DNA of 64,000 nucleotides from Alphaproteobacteria bacterium (GTDB lineage Bacteria; Pseudomonadota; Alphaproteobacteria; Rs-D84): NCBI GenBank assembly GCA_017629245.1, contig JAGBXO010000003.1, positions 1,897 to 65,896 of the forward strand, read 5' to 3'. Shown piece by piece: positions 55,845 to 64,000 of this stretch (position 1 is its first letter; each line of letters starts with the position of its first letter). The notes under the pieces were generated by a model. It saw only the letters and a program-made list of their open reading frames with translations, ran no database searches and was not told where the DNA came from. The position numbers and the translations under genes were made by a program.

Positions 55845-56104
55845 ACTTTCTTTCTCCTTTGGTTTTTTATGTTCACAGTATGATATATAGAATAAGAAAA
55901 GATTCCTGTAAATTGCTACAACCGATGGTTGAAGTGCGAATCAGAAAACAGATTCGGTTTTGTAATTTTATATCGCACAAACGAATCGCGTTTTTTATCC
56001 AGAATCCTTCTTTGCTATATCGCGCATGTAATAAGAAAAAGCGCGCCCAATTGCGCGCAAAAAGTAAATATAAAAAATCACAGAATATCCTTTGTTGTAT
56101 ATTT

Positions 56105-56135
56105 GTTAAAAAAACAAACCCGCCAATTGGCGGGT
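56105..56135 (-). terminator. intrinsic terminator of the virB8-10 operon (cccgcc-aatt-ggcggg; T-run on the minus strand)
   Basis: Hairpin at 56119-56134, 6 nt downstream of the virB10 stop, followed on the minus strand by T-rich sequence (plus-strand aaaaaaacaaa). Confidence 0.65.
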
Positions 56136-56140
56136 GTGAA

Positions 56141-58573
56141 TCAGAACATTGGCGGGAAACAGTCGCCACCGGCCTCGGGGCAACAGTTGAAGCCTTGTTC
56201 GCCCATATCGGTATATATTTCCCCGGTACAGCATCCGTTTGCATCAGGTTCCGTCCCATCCAGACACAGTAACACCTCTGCTGCGGCCTCTGGTGCGGCC
56301 TCTGGCGCAGATGCGTACGGATTTTGCACCGTACCATCTTCGTTATACTGAACCCCCAGAATTTGTTCTTTAAATTCCTGAGAATCTGGTCCCCCCAGTT
56401 CCTGAACTTTGTTATCGTATTGTTGTTTTTGGTCTGCCTGATAAGCCTTGAATTGCAAATCTTTCTTTGATTCATAATTCAACGAGTCGCACCATAGCTT
56501 CAATGTAGAATATGAATATCCGCCACAGGTATTTAATTTCCCTGTTCCGGCACCAGAACACGCTGTTTTTACTCTCCACAGACCGTTGTCAGGATCCCGT
56601 TCGCAATGTTCCTGTGCCTGGAATTGGCGCGACTGTCCAACCCAACTGCTGTCGTCTGCCGCATATAATCCCATATCTGATTCTTGTATTGTCCGTCTTT
56701 TATCATCACTAAATTCTGCAACGGCGCATTTTTTTCCTGCGTTTTCACTATCTTTTGCCCCACAGGTAATTTGTAAATCAACTGGTGAATAAACGGTAAT
56801 GCGTGTGCCGGCCGCAATTGTAAATGGCGGAATGGTATTGTCCATCATATCAACCATTAATTTTTGCGCAACCTGATTCCATGCGGTAATAATTTCATTC
56901 TTGGCCAGTTCAGATGAACGCATTGTCCCACTTTGTACAACCGTGTTATTATCCAAATCAATCTGATTAACAAACGCATCTGCCACCGGATTAATCAGAT
57001 TAATTGCCGCCGGCACAAATGCGGTCAGCATTGGCATAAAGAATTGTTCCAGGTAATCTGAACTGCCGCGTCCTGGCACGCCCAAACGTCCCTGTGAATC
57101 CGCTGAATATGGGTCGTTGTCTCCGGGAAAGTTAAATTCTACACCGTCTGGACGAATAAATTGGTACCACTTTACCTGCATGCGACCAATTGTTTTATAT
57201 GGTCCTGGAACCTCGCCATGAACATAACCTAACAACAGTGTACCTGTTGGAATAATAACTGTGCGACCGTTATCAGAATAGACATTTCTGTCCACTGTTG
57301 CGCGTACGGGAACGCCCATCTGCAACGCGTCAATATCTGCGCGTATATCAGAAACAATTGTCGCAGGAATCGGTTTAAATTGGCGCAGGATAAATGTTCT
57401 GTCGTATGGCGCGCTAGATGTGACGACATTGCCATCGGTTGTCCCAAAAATAACACCGGTTTCCTTGGCTTTTTCTATCCCATTAAACACCGAAGACATC
57501 CCGCCTGTGCTAAACCGGCCCATCCCGCCAGACGTGCTGCCACCGGGCGCATCATTCTGTGATGCGCGATGAACAGGCTTGATTGCCGGCACATTTGACA
57601 ATTCTGGCAGTTTGCCTGATGTTATAACTGATGTACCAATATGATCGGCGTCCGTTCCGATTTTTTTCCCGCTGTCATCTGTAATAATGCCATTGTCTGG
57701 ATTATATTTTCCGGCCGGTTTACTGCAGTCTTCGTCATCAAATGTATGAAAATAGTACGCACCACCACTGGGTTTAATCCATCCAATTTGACGACCAGAA
57801 TTATTGTATCCTGGGAATGCAAAGTCTGAACATCCATCCGGTATAATAATTTCCGGTTCTTGGCGCGCTGCGACAGATTTTTTCGGCATTTCAACCGGCG
57901 GGGCCAGTGCGGTCACCTCGCTAATGATTTCTTCCTGAATGGTTTCTGGCTCTTCTTCAAATATTTCCTCTTCAATTTCTTCTTCTTCAACCGGTGCCGG
58001 CTCAGGTTCTGGCTCTGGCACGACGACTGGCTTTGGTGCCGGGGCAGGCATTGGCTTTTCTTCTATCACTGGTGCCACCGCCCCCAGGGTCAGAACAATT
58101 TTGGCTTTCTGTGCCATATCTTCTGATTGATTTGCCTGGTGCCAAACAATTGTCACCGACGTTTGTTTCGTTGGCATTACACTGCTTGGGGCATATGTTG
58201 CAATAATTTCGCATCCTGTTTTTTTATCCAGACGCTTGGTCGCCTTGCATGTATCTTTGACATCAAATCCGCTAATTTCTTCATGTCTTTGAACATTATC
58301 AATTATAACCGGGGCGGTCGCAGAAATAGTAATTTTTTCTGTCTTTTTTTCGCCAACAATCACATCGGCCCAGTTAACCATATCGGGATTTATCTTCAAT
58401 TCCGCCGCCGCTGCATTTGTCGCTGCAATTTCTTTGTTATTGTCGCCCTTGCCACCAACCAGTATCGTCAGTAATATCAGCACGACAACAAATGCCGCCC
58501 CCAGCAACAGCCATTGAATATGGCGTGGCATATTTTTACGCATTTCTGAAATTTGCTGTTTAAATTTACTCAT
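56141..58573 (-). CDS. virB10: type IV secretion system protein VirB10/TrbI with a Pro/Glu-rich spacer and a roughly 250-aa Cys-rich C-terminal extension
   Basis: Start at MSKFKQQ (cat at 58571-58573). TM 'WLLLGAAFVVVLILLTILVG'. 'PAPAPKPVVVPEPEPEPAPVEEEEIEEE' spacer. Conserved VirB10 core 'RTFILRQFKPIPATIVSDIRADIDAL...VIIPTGTLLLGYV...VKWYQFIRPDGVEF...LEQFFMPMLTAF'. The core is then followed by about 250 aa containing 17 Cys, ending 'NGCCTGEIYTDMGEQGFNCCPEAGGDCFPPMF'. Confidence 0.8.
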   Translation of the reverse strand: MSKFKQQISEMRKNMPRHIQWLLLGAAFVVVLILLTILVGGKGDNNKEIAATNAAAAELKINPDMVNWADVIVGEKKTEKITISATAPVIIDNVQRHEEISGFDVKDTCKATKRLDKKTGCEIIATYAPSSVMPTKQTSVTIVWHQANQSEDMAQKAKIVLTLGAVAPVIEEKPMPAPAPKPVVVPEPEPEPAPVEEEEIEEEIFEEEPETIQEEIISEVTALAPPVEMPKKSVAARQEPEIIIPDGCSDFAFPGYNNSGRQIGWIKPSGGAYYFHTFDDEDCSKPAGKYNPDNGIITDDSGKKIGTDADHIGTSVITSGKLPELSNVPAIKPVHRASQNDAPGGSTSGGMGRFSTGGMSSVFNGIEKAKETGVIFGTTDGNVVTSSAPYDRTFILRQFKPIPATIVSDIRADIDALQMGVPVRATVDRNVYSDNGRTVIIPTGTLLLGYVHGEVPGPYKTIGRMQVKWYQFIRPDGVEFNFPGDNDPYSADSQGRLGVPGRGSSDYLEQFFMPMLTAFVPAAINLINPVADAFVNQIDLDNNTVVQSGTMRSSELAKNEIITAWNQVAQKLMVDMMDNTIPPFTIAAGTRITVYSPVDLQITCGAKDSENAGKKCAVAEFSDDKRRTIQESDMGLYAADDSSWVGQSRQFQAQEHCERDPDNGLWRVKTACSGAGTGKLNTCGGYSYSTLKLWCDSLNYESKKDLQFKAYQADQKQQYDNKVQELGGPDSQEFKEQILGVQYNEDGTVQNPYASAPEAAPEAAAEVLLCLDGTEPDANGCCTGEIYTDMGEQGFNCCPEAGGDCFPPMF

Positions 58574-58589
58574 CCCCCAAACCCGTTTT

Positions 58590-60116
58590 TTATTGCATAC
58601 GAACGACACTGCAACTGGTTCCGCTGAAACGCAGTAACTTATCACACAGCTCTTGCGCTGTGGCAATATCTGCCAATGGTCCAATGCGCAGACGATATTG
58701 ACGCGCACTGGAAGATTCGGCCCCCAAATCGCCAACGCCCTGTTCGTCAATTGCAAAGAATACCATGTCCTTATACGGGGTCAACAATCCCTGACCATCA
58801 TCGCCACTGAATTTTGCCAACAGTGTTGACCAGTATTTATCCAACGCATCAACAGATGTATCTGATTTTAGTTCAACCGCAACGCCAATCTGGTTGCTGG
58901 CAATCACTGGGATATTTGTTTGTGGCAGATATGCCCCGGCGGTATTGCGCTGTTGTGGCAACATGTTAACCACACTGCCAGACTGCTGTGGCATTGCCTG
59001 TGGTACGGTAAAACCAGCCGGCATATATGTACCAGCGCCCGTTGTTGGATTTACCATTTGGGTATTGCCAACATACATTGGTGTACCGGTGTAATTTGTA
59101 CCCATGCTCATTGCGGCCATGCTGTCTGTGTATGCGATATTATTCAGCGATTGTCCCGACAGCATGCTTTGTGCAACATTTGCCTCAGCCAGGGCCATAA
59201 CAGACGCCGTATCAGCGATTAAGAATGGCTTTTCGCGTTTTTTGATGCATACTATGCGTTGACCGCTGCGTAATACCATGTCGCCAACCGCTTCAACAAT
59301 TAACAGGCGTCCATCTTCACCATCTGTGCGGAATCCAACCGGTGATTCGCCGCCTTCGACCAATAATGATACAACCGGACGCTGGGTCATAGAAATAACC
59401 TTGTCCCCAAAGTCAATATATGTAAATATTCTGTCACGCCATACGCGTTCAGGCGCAATTACATAGTCATCTGGATTTGGAACAAAAATATCTAAATCAA
59501 ATCTGAATTCCGACGGGTCAATCTTCATAGATTTTATCCAACCGTAATCTTCGCCGTCTGCCCCAACCACAGATGTCTTGGGTGCGGCCTTTTGAAATAT
59601 TGATTTCGCACCACCCGACGCAGATGCGGCCCCGCCCGCCATGGGCAGTGTGGCATTACCATCCAATGTAATGTCAACCTGGGAATATGTAATTTCGCTG
59701 GAATTTGATGGTTCTGCACGCAGATATAAAATATATTTGTTCCCTGATTTACCTGTCACAATCATATTGGTATCTGAACCCTGGTTGTCAGTTTTTGGTG
59801 AGATAAACATCGTGCGGTCGCCCTGGGTTGCGGTAATGTCAAATTGACCCTGGTCGCCAACCATCGCATCAACAATCTGTTCACCATTAGGCAGGTTAAT
59901 CATTGTCACCATTCCATTACGCAACTTGATTGGTAGCACCGCACCCGCCGACCATGGCAGTTGTGCGTATCCTGGCTTGGTGCTGCCCATCGCCATGTTT
60001 GCAGTTGGATTGTCCCATGCGGTTTGTACGCCATATTCTTCCGCATGCACTGGCATCCCCAATACGTATGCCAAACATAAAACAGATATATTTAATTTAA
60101 ACAATTTTGCAAACAT
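58590..60116 (-). CDS. virB9: type IV secretion system protein VirB9/TrbG with a Q/M/T-rich linker and a C-terminal SPOR-like domain
   Basis: Signal peptide. VirB9 N-domain 'MVTMINLPNGEQIVD...TNMIVTGKSGNKYILYLRA'. C-domain '...FTYIDFGDKV...VLRSGQRIVCIKK'. Then low complexity and 'YRLRIGPLADIATAQELCDKLLRFSGTSCSVV' (SPOR signature). 508 aa, versus about 280 typical. Confidence 0.75.
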   Translation of the reverse strand: MFAKLFKLNISVLCLAYVLGMPVHAEEYGVQTAWDNPTANMAMGSTKPGYAQLPWSAGAVLPIKLRNGMVTMINLPNGEQIVDAMVGDQGQFDITATQGDRTMFISPKTDNQGSDTNMIVTGKSGNKYILYLRAEPSNSSEITYSQVDITLDGNATLPMAGGAASASGGAKSIFQKAAPKTSVVGADGEDYGWIKSMKIDPSEFRFDLDIFVPNPDDYVIAPERVWRDRIFTYIDFGDKVISMTQRPVVSLLVEGGESPVGFRTDGEDGRLLIVEAVGDMVLRSGQRIVCIKKREKPFLIADTASVMALAEANVAQSMLSGQSLNNIAYTDSMAAMSMGTNYTGTPMYVGNTQMVNPTTGAGTYMPAGFTVPQAMPQQSGSVVNMLPQQRNTAGAYLPQTNIPVIASNQIGVAVELKSDTSVDALDKYWSTLLAKFSGDDGQGLLTPYKDMVFFAIDEQGVGDLGAESSSARQYRLRIGPLADIATAQELCDKLLRFSGTSCSVVRMQ

Positions 60117-60137
60117 CTTACCAATCCTTCCGTATCC

Positions 60138-60818
60138 TTACATTTGTTCTGCTGTGCGAAATCCAGTGCTTAATGGATCGCCGTCCCCTTCTACAATTGT
60201 ATATTCGCTAACGCGCAATCCTAACGGGTTGTCAATGCGGTCAACCCACTTTATCTGTTTGTTTGCATCCGCATCCAGAACAATTTTGATTGTATAATCT
60301 TTTGGTATTGTCTGTCCAGTATTATTATCTGTACAGAAATAGCGGATCTTTACCTGGTACGCATCATCGCGACTCATATAAATAGGAGCCCCTATAAAAT
60401 TGACTGGGCATTGAAAATCAAAACCTGGCATGCCACTCATGATAGAAAAGAACATGTCTGTTTCTGCAAATTTTTTATATACTTCGTCTGTTGACATTTT
60501 GCGAACAATGCCATCTTCAGCGTTCCATTTGCTTTGCATAACAACAGGGTTTGTAAAGACCTCGTTTCTGTGGCGTACATATTCGCGCACGAATGCTGTC
60601 TTATAATCTTCCAGGTTGTTATCAACTGGTGGCATTTCAATCAGTTTTACATCCAAGTTGTCACGAATTTCGGTTGTTAAAAAGAAAATCTGTGGGCGAT
60701 TTAATGGAAACATATTTATCAAAGTCATCGTCAACGCGACCAGCACAACAACTGCTGTTGCTAATACGAATGTCATCAGTCTGGATAGTAAAACTGGTGG
60801 TTCTACGCGTCTTTGCAC
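60138..60818 (-). CDS. virB8: type IV secretion system protein VirB8
   Basis: Single TM 'LMTFVLATAVVVLVALTMTLI' plus an NTF2-like periplasmic domain ('FVREYVRHRNEVFTNP...YQVKIRYF'). Start proposed at GTG (60816-60818) preceded by AGGGGGAG. The ATG at 60902 is the alternative. Confidence 0.65.
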   Translation of the reverse strand: MQRRVEPPVLLSRLMTFVLATAVVVLVALTMTLINMFPLNRPQIFFLTTEIRDNLDVKLIEMPPVDNNLEDYKTAFVREYVRHRNEVFTNPVVMQSKWNAEDGIVRKMSTDEVYKKFAETDMFFSIMSGMPGFDFQCPVNFIGAPIYMSRDDAYQVKIRYFCTDNNTGQTIPKDYTIKIVLDADANKQIKWVDRIDNPLGLRVSEYTIVEGDGDPLSTGFRTAEQM

Positions 60819-60933
60819 TAAAATCTCCCCCTTATAATTAAGGTGATTGTAGACAAAAAAATATACCTTGTGCAAGGGAAATTTTTTGCAAACATAAAAC
60901 ATGTTTTTTTAGAGGTGTGTGTAAAAATGTTCT

Positions 60934-60961
60934 TGTGTTAATTCTTAAAAAAGATTATAAT
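60934..60961 (+). promoter_or_regulatory. candidate sigma70-type promoter (TTGTGT-16-TATAAT) for the tRNA-Trp/secE/nusG operon
   Basis: Hexamers at 60934-60939 and 60956-60961 in the AT-rich divergent region between virB8 and tRNA-Trp. Pattern match only. Confidence 0.2.
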
Positions 60962-61052
60962 ATTTCCACTTGATTTTTTGTAACGCTGTGCTATCCTGTC
61001 GCAGACTATTTTGTGGCGCGTGGCATATCGTTCAGGGATGTTTGCGTTCAAC

Positions 61053-61126
61053 AGGGGCATAGTTCAACGGTAGAATATCGGTCTCCAAAACCGCGGATGA
61101 GGGTTCGATTCCTTCTGCCCCTGCCA
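61053..61126 (+). tRNA. tRNA-Trp (anticodon CCA)
   Basis: Acceptor AGGGGCA/TGCCCCT, anticodon loop CTCCAAA, T-arm GAGGG-TTCGATT-CCTTC, encoded CCA. Canonical position upstream of secE. Confidence 0.85.
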
Positions 61127-61180
61127 GTTGTTTGACGGGATGATAGTTAGAAAGAATTACGTAATTTTGGATGAATTTTT

Positions 61181-61360
61181 ATGAAAAAGATGCTGGAATT
61201 TTTTAAGTCTGTGCGCAGCGAATGGTTCAAGGTTGTTTGGCCATCGCGTGACAGTGTTGTTCGTGCAACAATCATGATATTGGTGTTTTCCGCAGCGGCG
61301 GCGTTGTTCTTTTTTGTGGTGGACAGTGTTTTAAACGCGATTGTTGGTTGGGTGTTCTAA
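61181..61360 (+). CDS. secE: preprotein translocase subunit SecE
   Basis: 59-aa translation 'MKKMLEFFKSVRSEWFKVVWPSRDSVVRATIMILVFSAAAALFFFVVDSVLNAIVGWVF' gives a single TM. Classic tRNA-Trp-secE-nusG position. Missing from the ORF track (under 60 aa). Confidence 0.8.
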   Translation: MKKMLEFFKSVRSEWFKVVWPSRDSVVRATIMILVFSAAAALFFFVVDSVLNAIVGWVF

Positions 61361-61391
61361 CGGAAAATAATATGCAAAAGGGTGCGTAAAA

Positions 61392-61925
61392 ATGGAAGAA
61401 AAAATGCAGTGGTTTGTTGTTAATGTTCATACGGGCTGTGAAGACAAGGTTGCGCGCGGTTTGCGTGAACAGATTGACAAGCGTCGTTTGAATGCTTTGT
61501 TTGGTGAAATTATGGTTCCAACGCGCGAGGTGACTGAAATCAAGGCAGGTCGTCGTGTTAAGGCGGAAAGAAAATTCTTCCCTGGCTACATTGTTGTTCA
61601 AATGGTTATGAATAATGAAACCTTTACATTGGTGAAGCAGATTCCTCAGGTTGTTATGTTCTTGGGTGCGAAAAACAAACCGATTGCAGTGACCGAGGCT
61701 GAGGCGCATCGTTTGATGAAACAGGTCGAAGAAGGGTCTGTTGTAGCCGAAGATGTTATGTACGAAGTTGGTCAAGAAGTGCATGTTATTGATGGGCCTT
61801 TTGCTGGCTTTAATGGTATTGCGTCCGAGGTTGATAATGTAAAGCAGAAGATGACTGTAACTGTTCTGGTGTTTGGTCGCGAAACCAGTATGGAATTGGA
61901 ATTTGAACAGGTTGAACGCGTATAA
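61392..61925 (+). CDS. nusG: transcription termination/antitermination factor NusG
   Basis: 'WFVVNVHTGCEDKV' NGN domain and C-terminal KOW 'VGQEVHVIDGPFAGFNGI'. Confidence 0.9.
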   Translation: MEEKMQWFVVNVHTGCEDKVARGLREQIDKRRLNALFGEIMVPTREVTEIKAGRRVKAERKFFPGYIVVQMVMNNETFTLVKQIPQVVMFLGAKNKPIAVTEAEAHRLMKQVEEGSVVAEDVMYEVGQEVHVIDGPFAGFNGIASEVDNVKQKMTVTVLVFGRETSMELEFEQVERV

Positions 61926-62040
61926 ATATAGAAATTAAAGATTTTTGTGGTTTTCTGAAAAATATCATGTAAAATCACAGTAAACCGTGGTAGATACGCC
62001 ATATCGTACCACGACACAAACGAAAAAAACGGAGTGAAAA

Positions 62041-62472
62041 ATGGCAAAGAAAGAAGTTAAGGGATTGGTCAAATTGGTCGTCCCTGCGAAACAGGCTAAT
62101 CCTGCGCCTCCTATTGGTCCGGCGTTGGGTGCTGCTGGTGTAAATATTGCAGAATTCTGCAAACAGTTTAATGACAAAACGTCTGATAAAGAACCTGGAA
62201 TGCCAATTCCATGTATTATCACTGTTTATACAGATCGCAGCTTTGAATTTATTATGAAGTTGCCGCCTGTGTCATACTATATTAAAAAAGCATTGAAATT
62301 AAAAATCGGTTCACACAAACCTGGTCGTGACTTTGTTGGTACATTGTCCAAGGCGCAGTTGCAGGAAATTGCCGAAGCGAAAATGCCAGACTTGAATTGC
62401 TCTTCCATTGAATCTGCTATGAATATCGTTGCAGGTCAGTGTCGTTCTATGGGCGTAAAGGTAGAGGAGTAA
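62041..62472 (+). CDS. rplK: 50S ribosomal protein L11
   Basis: 'PAKQANPAPPIGPALGAAGVNI' is canonical L11. Confidence 0.9.
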   Translation: MAKKEVKGLVKLVVPAKQANPAPPIGPALGAAGVNIAEFCKQFNDKTSDKEPGMPIPCIITVYTDRSFEFIMKLPPVSYYIKKALKLKIGSHKPGRDFVGTLSKAQLQEIAEAKMPDLNCSSIESAMNIVAGQCRSMGVKVEE

Positions 62473-62476
62473 TATC

Positions 62477-63151
62477 ATGAAACTGACAAAGAAACAACAG
62501 ACTTGGAAGAACTTGGATACAGATAAGGTTTATTCTTTAGCCGAAGCTATTGATGCTTTGCGTGAATACACATCCAAGAAATTTGATGAAACGTTGGAAA
62601 TCGCTATCCGTTTGGGTATTGATGTAACAAAGGCTGACCAGAATATTCGTGGTATGTTGTCATTGCCAAATGGTACTGGTAAATCTGTACGCGTTGCTGT
62701 ATTTACTGCGAACGCTCAGGACGAAGCCAAAAAAGCAGGCGCAGACGTTATTGGTGCCGAAGATTTGATTGATGCGGTTGCAGCTGGCAATATTAACTTT
62801 GACCGTGTAATTGCAACACCAGATATGATGCCAAAGATGTCAAAAATCGCACGTGTTTTGGGTCCAAAAGGCTTGATGCCGAATCCAAAATTGGGTACGG
62901 TTACAAACAACGTTGCCGAAGCGGTTGCGACAGCCAAAGCGGGTCAGATTGAATACCGTGCTGAAAAGAAGGGTATTATCCACGCTGGTATCGGTAAAAT
63001 GTCATTTGCGACTGACAAATTGGTTGAAAATGCGATTGCTTTGATTGACCAGTTGAAAAAGGTTAAACCTGCATCATCTAAGGGTCAGTATATTTTGGGT
63101 ATTTCCGTTGCGACAACCCAGGGTCCTGGCTTAAAGGTAGATGCAAAATAA
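62477..63151 (+). CDS. rplA: 50S ribosomal protein L1
   Basis: 'KFDETLEIAIRLGIDVTKADQNIRG' is canonical L1. Confidence 0.9.
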   Translation: MKLTKKQQTWKNLDTDKVYSLAEAIDALREYTSKKFDETLEIAIRLGIDVTKADQNIRGMLSLPNGTGKSVRVAVFTANAQDEAKKAGADVIGAEDLIDAVAAGNINFDRVIATPDMMPKMSKIARVLGPKGLMPNPKLGTVTNNVAEAVATAKAGQIEYRAEKKGIIHAGIGKMSFATDKLVENAIALIDQLKKVKPASSKGQYILGISVATTQGPGLKVDAK

Positions 63152-63332
63152 TTAATTGTGACCGTGGGTACCCATGGTCGCAAAAACAAGATTTCTGTCC
63201 AAGACTGATGGTGTGGCAACACTTAATTCCCATCATAGACAAAGAGAAGATTCTTTGGGGCAGGAACAAAGCCCCATCCCGGGGCAACCCGGATGGATAA
63301 GTTAACAAAACAGAAGCTTGAAGGAAAAATAG
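63152..63332 (+). promoter_or_regulatory. rplJ-rplL leader (probable L10(L12)4 autoregulatory leader region)
   Basis: 181-nt structured GC-richer untranslated region between rplA and rplJ (ccatggtcgc..., gggcaggaacaaagccccatcccggggcaacccgg). The position matches the conserved L10 leader. No covariance model was run. Confidence 0.35.
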
Positions 63333-63812
63333 ATGAGACGCGAAGAAAAATCAGATTTGATTTCAGCGTTGCAGTCGTCCCTGAAAGAAGCGAACGGTGT
63401 TTTTGTTATTGAAAACAACGGTTTGACTGTAAAAGAATTTGAAACCCTGCGTAATGAATTACGTCCATTGGTTTCCGTATTCAAAGTTGTTAAAAACCGT
63501 TTGATGAAATTGGCGTTAAAAGACACTGAGTTCGAACCTGTATCAGATATGCTGCGTCGTCCAACTGCGGTTGCTGTTGCAACTGATGGCTTGGCGGTGA
63601 CCAAAGTATTGGCAAAATTTGCAGATGAACATCCAAATTTGACAATTTTGGGCGGTAAAATGGATGCAGACGTTATGGATACGGACGGCGTATTGCAATT
63701 ATCCAAGCTTCCTTCCCTGTTGGAAATTCGTGCTACTATTGCGCGTATCTTGGTTGAACCTGGTGCGCGTCTGGCACGTGTTTCAGCAGAGTATGGAAAA
63801 AAAGAACAATAA
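63333..63812 (+). CDS. rplJ: 50S ribosomal protein L10
   Basis: 'MRREEKSDLISALQSSLKEANGVFVIENNGLTVKEF'. Confidence 0.9.
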   Translation: MRREEKSDLISALQSSLKEANGVFVIENNGLTVKEFETLRNELRPLVSVFKVVKNRLMKLALKDTEFEPVSDMLRRPTAVAVATDGLAVTKVLAKFADEHPNLTILGGKMDADVMDTDGVLQLSKLPSLLEIRATIARILVEPGARLARVSAEYGKKEQ

Positions 63813-63857
63813 AATCAGAATAGCGATATTCTGACCTAAAAAATTAGGAGTAAAAAA

Positions 63858-64000
63858 ATGGCAGACATTCAGAAATTAGTTGAAGAATTGTCACAATTGA
63901 CTGTTTTGGAAGCAGTTGAACTGTCCAAAGCATTAGAAGAAACATGGGGCGTTAGTGCTGCTGCTGCTGTTGCAGTTGCTGCTGGTCCTGTTGCTGCTGC
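63858..64000 (+). CDS. rplL: 50S ribosomal protein L7/L12 (5' part; continues beyond the window)
   Basis: '[48 protein letters not shown]' with RBS AGGAG. Confidence 0.9.
   Translation, partial: MADIQKLVEELSQLTVLEAVELSKALEETWGVSAAAAVAVAAGPVAA

Noticed and set aside
60819-60902. ATG-initiated N-terminal extension of virB8
   Set aside because: No RBS, F/Y/N-rich AT-driven composition, and a strong SD precedes the internal GTG. Retained as an alternative start.
1-64000. Search for CRISPR arrays, rRNA genes, IS elements or transposases, integrases and phage genes
   Set aside because: No direct-repeat or spacer periodicity, no rRNA-like conserved blocks, and no transposase or integrase motifs (DDE, tyrosine recombinase R-H-R-Y) were recognised in any frame.

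Overview
This window reads as a chromosomal segment from an AT-rich alphaproteobacterium with an endosymbiont-like (Rickettsiales/Holosporales-like) gene repertoire. The taxonomic assignment is inference only.

Recognisable housekeeping genes are: uvrD-like helicase, dnaQ, rpmE, a truncated dcw block (mrcA-mraY-ftsW-murG), comF, a MerR regulator, gyrA, rpmH, a MarR-TolC-MFP-RND efflux operon, a Pta/Ptb-like acyltransferase, ppdK, a DacC-type carboxypeptidase with a SPOR domain, recR, rsmA, a KefB-like CPA2 antiporter, lspA, yidC, and the classic tRNA-Trp-secE-nusG-rplK-rplA-rplJ-rplL block. There are three tRNAs: Glu-CUC, Gln-UUG and Trp-CCA. The six-frame ORF track missed rpmH (30531-30683) and secE (61181-61360) because each is under 60 aa.

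The most interesting content is a type IV secretion system split over two loci. One locus (about 9.5-16.2 kb) is a tandem array of five VirB6/TrbL-like polytopic membrane-protein paralogues. Four are on the minus strand with 1-4 nt overlaps; one is divergent with a roughly 50-70 nt intergenic gap. No virB3 or virB4 is adjacent. The other locus is virB8-virB9-virB10 (60818 to 56141, minus strand). VirB9 carries a low-complexity linker and a C-terminal SPOR-like domain. VirB10 carries a roughly 250-aa Cys-rich C-terminal extension and an N-terminal Pro/Glu-rich spacer. No virB11 or virD4 follows virB10; instead there is an intrinsic terminator, a 114-aa ORF and a probably frameshifted pseudogene.

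Accessory and unexplained regions are as follows.
- A 0.4-6.7 kb patch holds two paralogous unknown proteins, a protein-kinase-fold gene, a Cys-rich mini-protein, a VIT-family transporter, a PagL-like outer-membrane lipid A deacylase, and a 718-aa secreted protein with 19-aa tandem repeats plus a Cys-rich domain.
- An AT-rich block (30.7-36.3 kb) lies between the rpmH terminator and tRNA-Gln, with tRNA-Glu in its middle. Almost every gene in it is bracketed by bidirectional CCGCC/GGCGG hairpins. It holds a DUF3419/BtaA-like enzyme, two tandem APH/choline-kinase-like phosphotransferases overlapping by 11 nt, an M20 deacylase and unknowns.
- A degenerate inositol monophosphatase homologue has lost its metal-binding motif.

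No CRISPR array, rRNA, IS element or transposase was recognised.
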